Source: Candidatus Nomurabacteria bacterium
GTDB taxonomy: Bacteria; Patescibacteriota; Minisyncoccia; Phycocordibacterales; UBA9973
Direction of reading: 5' to 3'
Length of the DNA: 64,000 nt
NCBI GenBank assembly: GCA_029288725.1
Contig: JARIGS010000010.1
Coordinates: forward strand, 103,883 to 167,882
Shown: positions 59,841 through 64,000 of the stretch, in pieces
Layout of the letters: the number at the start of each line of letters is the position of its first letter
How positions within the stretch are numbered: position 1 is the first letter of the stretch
Notes under the pieces: model-generated
Database searches by the model: none
Told to the model about the DNA's origin: nothing
Seen by the model: the letters and a program-made list of their open reading frames with translations, nothing else
Position numbers and translations under genes: made by a program

Positions 59841-60017
59841 CTTGTGGTCACAAGTCACTAAGTAAAATCCTTCGCACACGATCGGATTGTACTAAGTGCT
59901 CGCGACCCCGGCTCGCGGATGTCGCCGATGCGGCGGCTCCATCAACGCTGCGCCTTCACAAAAACCAAAACACACCCGCCATTTACAAAAATGGAAAGTG
60001 TGTTTTGGTTTTTGTGA
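59841..60017 (-). ncRNA. Candidate structured RNA/element abutting the tRNA-Glu 3' end
   Basis: Three contiguous hairpins (59846-59907, 59910-59954, 59956-60017); G-U pairs favour the minus strand. Confidence 0.5.
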
Positions 60018-60086
60018 CCCTACGGGGAATCGAACCCCGATTAACGGCTTGAAAAGCCGGCGTCCTAACCGTTAGACGATAGGGCC
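60015..60086 (-). tRNA. tRNA-Glu(UUC), CCA not encoded
   Basis: GGCCCTATCGTCTAACGGTTAGGACGCCGGCTTTTCAAGCCGTTAATCGGGGTTCGATTCCCCGTAGGGTCA cloverleaf. Confidence 0.95.
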
Positions 60087-60146
60087 AAATACGTACTTAC
60101 GTAACGTCCCAGTATTATAAATAAAAATGGGAAAAAGTAAACCGCG

Positions 60147-60620
60147 CTAGGTAGTATAGCGCGGTTCCAGAACTATTGACTTCGAGACAAGGCTTCTTAT
60201 TTCTTGAAACACAAATCCCGGGCCGTCAAGCTTTGGTAGGATGGTATAAAAATCACCGTTAACAATAGTGTGATAATTATAGTGAGAAGGGCTAAAATGT
60301 TGCAGAGCTTTACTCGTTACAGAGATAACGGACTTGTTTCCGAAAATAAAAACTGGATGATACCCTCCCCCGCTTGTTAGCTGTTCAGCTACAAGAGAGC
60401 TCGTATTCTGAGCAAATTCCTCAAAATTGAAGTTACCTTCGGCATCCTTGTAGAGATCTTGCAATACTGGCTGGTCCAAATGAATCTGGATGCCTTCCAT
60501 AATAAGCAGTGAATATACAATCTCAGGAACTTTCATCATGCATGCTGATTCCAGTTTTTCTTTTCCGGGAAAAGCACTGTAAAAATACTCGATTAACACA
60601 ACACCTGATAAGGTTTCCAT
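60147..60620 (-). CDS. Hypothetical protein between two tRNAs (orphan)
   Basis: 157-aa ORF from METLSG; TTGACA-17-CAAACT promoter. Confidence 0.55.
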   Translation of the reverse strand: METLSGVVLIEYFYSAFPGKEKLESACMMKVPEIVYSLLIMEGIQIHLDQPVLQDLYKDAEGNFNFEEFAQNTSSLVAEQLTSGGGYHPVFIFGNKSVISVTSKALQHFSPSHYNYHTIVNGDFYTILPKLDGPGFVFQEIRSLVSKSIVLEPRYTT

Positions 60621-60702
60621 AATAAGGTTCTTTTTTTCCAGTTTGCCTAAAATCGATTTTTTTGTCAAACTACTTCCCGTACCCACTTTCCCACCCGAAT
60701 AC

Positions 60703-60776
60703 GCGCGGTTAGCTCATATGGTTAGAGCGCAGCATTGACATTGCTGAGGTGACAGGTTCGATCCCTGTATCGCGCA
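60703..60776 (+). tRNA. tRNA-Val(GAC), CCA not encoded
   Basis: GCGCGGT acceptor, anticodon arm CAGCA-TTGACAT-TGCTG, GGTTCGATCC T-arm. Confidence 0.95.
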
Positions 60777-60888
60777 CACCGCTAAAGTACCCTTGCATTG
60801 CAGGTGAAATTTTTAAAGAAATAATAATGGAACAGGGATTTAAAAACCTTCTACGTTTAGCGCAGAAGGTTGAGTAATTTTATTTTAA

Positions 60889-61431
60889 TTAGTCTATGGG
60901 AACAAGTGCGGGACAGTTAAGATTGAATTTTTTATTCAAGCTGTAGGCGCCGTCTCTCCAGTGCCCCCCCATAAACTCTAGGCAGCGAACATGTAGCCCC
61001 TTTACACCATCAATATAAATGGTATCCCAAAAGAAAATATGATTCATATTGCCATCCTGATCTTTTTTCCACTCTTCAGGGATGAGATAAGGATGATCCA
61101 ATAGATAGTCAAGGAGGTTAGCGTTAAATACCTTAATTGTATCAAAGTATGATTCCAGCTCCCTACCTGTCATTATATTTTCTCCCGACTGCCTCTTATG
61201 GACAAAGAGCTTAACCTTCGATGGGTCCCATATTATTTTACCGCCGGAATGATGACTCCTAATCTCCCAATTTCCATAACGAATAAGAGGCTTTGAGTCA
61301 AGATCGACAACATGTTCTTTGTACATGATTACGGCCTTGCCCGAGAGGAGGGCCTTCATGCCTTTTTCTCCTCCGACATTGTTGAGAAGGGCCTCAATTT
61401 GGCCGAGATCAACCTTTGAATACTTTATCAT
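60889..61431 (-). CDS. Hypothetical protein of a CPR-type family
   Basis: LGQIEALLNNVGGE N-terminus; NANLLDYLL..P.LIPEEWK, IFFW.TIY, VRCL. Confidence 0.65.
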   Translation of the reverse strand: MIKYSKVDLGQIEALLNNVGGEKGMKALLSGKAVIMYKEHVVDLDSKPLIRYGNWEIRSHHSGGKIIWDPSKVKLFVHKRQSGENIMTGRELESYFDTIKVFNANLLDYLLDHPYLIPEEWKKDQDGNMNHIFFWDTIYIDGVKGLHVRCLEFMGGHWRDGAYSLNKKFNLNCPALVPID

Positions 61432-61500
61432 TGTGAAATAAGTTAATGGGCTAGTTGCCCATATGTGCAATTGCTATCCGCAATTAGGAACTAGACCACC

Positions 61501-61555
61501 GTGGCCATAGCCAGAAACAGCCTTTATAATTAAAGCTTCTTCTGGCTATGGCCAC
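61501..61555. promoter_or_regulatory. Long hairpin in predicted 5' leader
   Basis: 16-bp perfect arms gtggccatagccagaa/ttctggctatggccac. Confidence 0.55.
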
Positions 61556-61608
61556 ATATGCAAAAAGAACTAATTTCAGTATGCCGTACAATTGCAAAAA
61601 GTCAATAA

Positions 61609-62043
61609 CTATTCAGCTAAATCATTAATCTGGGGTATGAAGTCTTTTTCATAGACTTCAACCCTTTTTATAGGTACGGCTTTATCATGACTAACCCACT
61701 CACTGGCGTTCTTTTCCTTAAAATCAGATTTGCTAAACACGTAGACATACCCCTTGCTGTTCTCGTCTATTTGATCAATGCTAGCCTTTGTTGCCTTATA
61801 ACTTAGGTTGCCACTATCTAACCCGTTTACTCTGGCACGATATCCATTCGGGCAGTTCTCTTTGCTAAACAGAGCCATGAATATGGCGTAGTCGAGAAAA
61901 GGACTTGCAAATATTACAGGGGCACCGTCAGGAATACCGCTATTATAAGACTGTCTTGGTTCAAATTCCTCGACGATGCTACCCGTGCCATGAAAGAGAT
62001 ACTGAGAATTAGACCTGAGTTCTGTAAGAGATTCATTTTCCAT
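61609..62043 (-). CDS. Hypothetical protein, possible ADP-ribosyltransferase-like fold; paralogue of 11416..11886
   Basis: YLFHGT...FEPRQ, IFAS...AIFMAL, GYVYVF. Confidence 0.6.
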   Translation of the reverse strand: MENESLTELRSNSQYLFHGTGSIVEEFEPRQSYNSGIPDGAPVIFASPFLDYAIFMALFSKENCPNGYRARVNGLDSGNLSYKATKASIDQIDENSKGYVYVFSKSDFKEKNASEWVSHDKAVPIKRVEVYEKDFIPQINDLAE

Positions 62044-62294
62044 AGCTTGATAATAGCATTTAAATAAACATCCTTTCAATATTACGTTTCTGACGATACT
62101 GACGATGTTTTTCTCAATTCTATATCCCTGAATGCACTATTCCACTTCAATACAATACCTTCTACAATGTTCTATTCCAGACTGCTTGCTCACAAATTTG
62201 ACACCTCCGCCCTTCCCTATTACTATCACACTAAATAGTAGAAACATGGACGGAGATTGCCCGACAACCTAGCCATTTTGCCAGTATGGTGACT

Positions 62295-62361
62295 AAGCCC
62301 CCAAACAAGGTTTGGGGGCTTTTTAATGTAAAACCCCCTTGTATGAAGGGGGTTTGTTTTT
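62295..62361. terminator. Tandem terminator hairpins
   Basis: aagcccccaaac-aag-gtttgggggctt followed by aaaccccctt-gtatg-aagggggttt. Confidence 0.7.
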
Positions 62362-62916
62362 TCATTTTTTACACACGACGAGTAAGGTCTTGGGAGGAAG
62401 TACAAGATCCGAGTCGGACAACGTAACGCCGATAACGGACCAATGCCTGTTGGCATAGTGCGCATATAGACCGCCATATGCCACCCTTTCCATATTGATA
62501 AGGTAAAATTTGTCAGTCGTATCAATAAGGTGCTTAATTGTGTACGGCATGTTTCGAACATGGGTCAGTACATCTTTTGCCGGAAATGTCGTAGCTGGTG
62601 TCAGTGACATCATCGTCAGTACAGCATGAGCCGACCTGGAGGGCATTGCTTGGATAGTATGCAAACCTAACGGCGCCACCGTCTCTAATCGGCCATTGTA
62701 GAAGTATTTTAGCGTGTCATCGAAGGTGTGACCCTTAGCATTTTCCTGACCTATTACTACTTTCCGCGGGCCATAGGTTTCGTAAAATTCACAAACATTA
62801 AGATATTCGTGGGTAGTGAGGAGTGGTTCATCCCTGTCCCTTACCCGATACGCACATGCCGCACAAAGTGCCAGTGCCGATGCTATGACGGCACCCAGAA
62901 GCCATGGTTTTTTCAT
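62362..62916 (-). CDS. Secreted/lipoprotein-like hypothetical protein (orphan)
   Basis: MKKPWLLGAVIASALALCAAC N-terminus; TTGATA-16-TAGGGT promoter-like sequence. Confidence 0.6.
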   Translation of the reverse strand: MKKPWLLGAVIASALALCAACAYRVRDRDEPLLTTHEYLNVCEFYETYGPRKVVIGQENAKGHTFDDTLKYFYNGRLETVAPLGLHTIQAMPSRSAHAVLTMMSLTPATTFPAKDVLTHVRNMPYTIKHLIDTTDKFYLINMERVAYGGLYAHYANRHWSVIGVTLSDSDLVLPPKTLLVVCKK

Positions 62917-63021
62917 CGTATTGTCTTGTTTAAGAGGTGAAATTTTCCATACCCTACCACATATGTGAAAAATATCAATAATGCATGTAAAAACCCCACA
63001 AATCATTGCGGGGTTTAGGGT

Positions 63022-63258
63022 TCAGTGTATCTGCAGGACTGTAAGATTTCGATAAGTATCTAGGCATTCGCTATGAGCCTTGTTGATACGCATAATGTCG
63101 ATATTGCCGGGGCAATCGATCTGTTCATCTTCAAAGGTCTGAGGGATTGCTCCCCTACTTTTACATACAAATATGCCATGTTCGAGGGCAAGATATTTGC
63201 AACAGCAGGAACCCTGTCCAGCTTTGCACTTGTAGGCTTCCCATGTAGCTTCTGTCAT
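63022..63258 (-). CDS. Small Cys-rich protein (78 aa)
   Basis: CKAGQGSCCCKYL..FVCK..DCPG; TTGACT-17-TATTTT promoter; hairpin 62990-63016. Confidence 0.55.
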   Translation of the reverse strand: MTEATWEAYKCKAGQGSCCCKYLALEHGIFVCKSRGAIPQTFEDEQIDCPGNIDIMRINKAHSECLDTYRNLTVLQIH

Positions 63259-63371
63259 GATCGTGTTAAGTTAAGGTAATTTAAAGAAAAAATACAACAG
63301 CCGTTATTCAAAGTCAATCATTTGACTTTTACTTGCAAACCGTCACAATAGTAAGCAAAAACCGAACCCTC

Positions 63372-64000
63372 ATGAGCACAGAGAAAACGATCCTTGCGAT
63401 CACCAAAACCGAGGGATCTGGCGCACGGACTGTTGCCGATATACTCGTTAGCCATTATGGCTATACACTCTATTCCGTTCGAGATTTACTCGATACAGAA
63501 TACACTAAGCTCAACGGAGCACACTCCATCAACCAAGAACAGCTGAAACTGCTTGCAAATGATATTCGAAAGGAACAAGGCGTTCACGCACTTGTTGCAC
63601 CAATGTTTGAAAGCATTCTCGCCACTGTCGAGGCTCACACTCCTTTTATTATCGAATCACTTTTATGCCCTGCTGAAATACAGTACCTTATGAAGGTCTG
63701 TAAGGAACATGGCATTCGACTAGTACTCGCATGCATTGATGCACCCGCTGAAATGCGTTTGGTTCGCTTGCAACAGCGCTCGAACGTAAAAGGTATCCGA
63801 GATCTCGAAAAGTTAAGAGAGACCGATCGAACATTGTACTTTAGTGAAAGAAAGAGGATTTATATTCCGGTCAATCTTGCACAAGTAGTAGAATTTGAAG
63901 CGTATGAAAAAGCTGTTCCGGAAAAAGAGCCCTATAAGGTAAATGTCCCTCGATGCATTTCGTATGTAAAGAGAAAGGCCCGTTTTCAGAACTATGATGG
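63372..64000 (+). CDS. Nucleotide-kinase-like (dephospho-CoA/adenylate kinase fold) protein with degenerate P-loop, 3'-truncated
   Basis: Manual translation MSTEKTILAITKTEGSGARTVADIL...ANDIRKEQG...IIESL..PAEI...IDAPAEMRLVRL; open to window end. Confidence 0.6.
   Translation, partial: MSTEKTILAITKTEGSGARTVADILVSHYGYTLYSVRDLLDTEYTKLNGAHSINQEQLKLLANDIRKEQGVHALVAPMFESILATVEAHTPFIIESLLCPAEIQYLMKVCKEHGIRLVLACIDAPAEMRLVRLQQRSNVKGIRDLEKLRETDRTLYFSERKRIYIPVNLAQVVEFEAYEKAVPEKEPYKVNVPRCISYVKRKARFQNYD

Noticed and set aside
60015-60776. Group I intron in the tRNA genes
   Set aside because: Both tRNAs form uninterrupted cloverleafs of 72 and 74 nt
62056-62294. Possible gene or ncRNA in the ~240-bp gap
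   Set aside because: No convincing ORF or stable structure found by eye; only a short ctgacgat repeat
11394-63016. Hairpins beside orphan genes as integron attC sites
   Set aside because: They are short GC stems with A/T tails typical of terminators; no RYYYAAC/GTTRRRY ends noticed and no intI present

Overview
Chromosomal window (genetic code 11, mostly minus-strand genes) that by gene content looks like a CPR/Patescibacteria genome, probably Parcubacteria (inference: short AspRS and AlaRS, degenerate PriA and HolB, K/A-extended bL21, sigma4/delta-HTH protein, FtsA-like plus baseplate-J-like pair). Core genes include murG-ftsW-mraY-scpBA, five aminoacyl-tRNA synthetases, dnaB-recR, a fragmented grpE/dnaK/dnaJ locus, infA-rpmJ-rpsM-rpsK-rpsD-rpoA-rplQ-rplM-rpsI, mreB, ftsA-ftsZ, folD-glyA, tRNA-Glu and tRNA-Val. 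About 15 AT-rich orphan genes are inserted singly between them. Main observations: (1) many core genes look leaderless (-10 box 6-7 nt before the start codon), whereas the orphans carry TTGAC-N16/17-(-10) promoters and AT-rich leaders; (2) an unannotated 25-aa highly basic ORF with its own promoter and terminator lies downstream of dnaK; (3) a three-hairpin structured element is fused to the tRNA-Glu 3' end, and a nested inverted-repeat element follows ftsZ; (4) a PaaX-like regulator with a palindromic candidate operator is divergent from dnaK; (5) there are Bacteroidota-like lipoprotein orphans, two ART-like paralogues and a DUF4238 gene broken by one in-frame TAA. No CRISPR array, transposase, integrase or rRNA was seen. 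All family calls come from motif recognition, not database searches.
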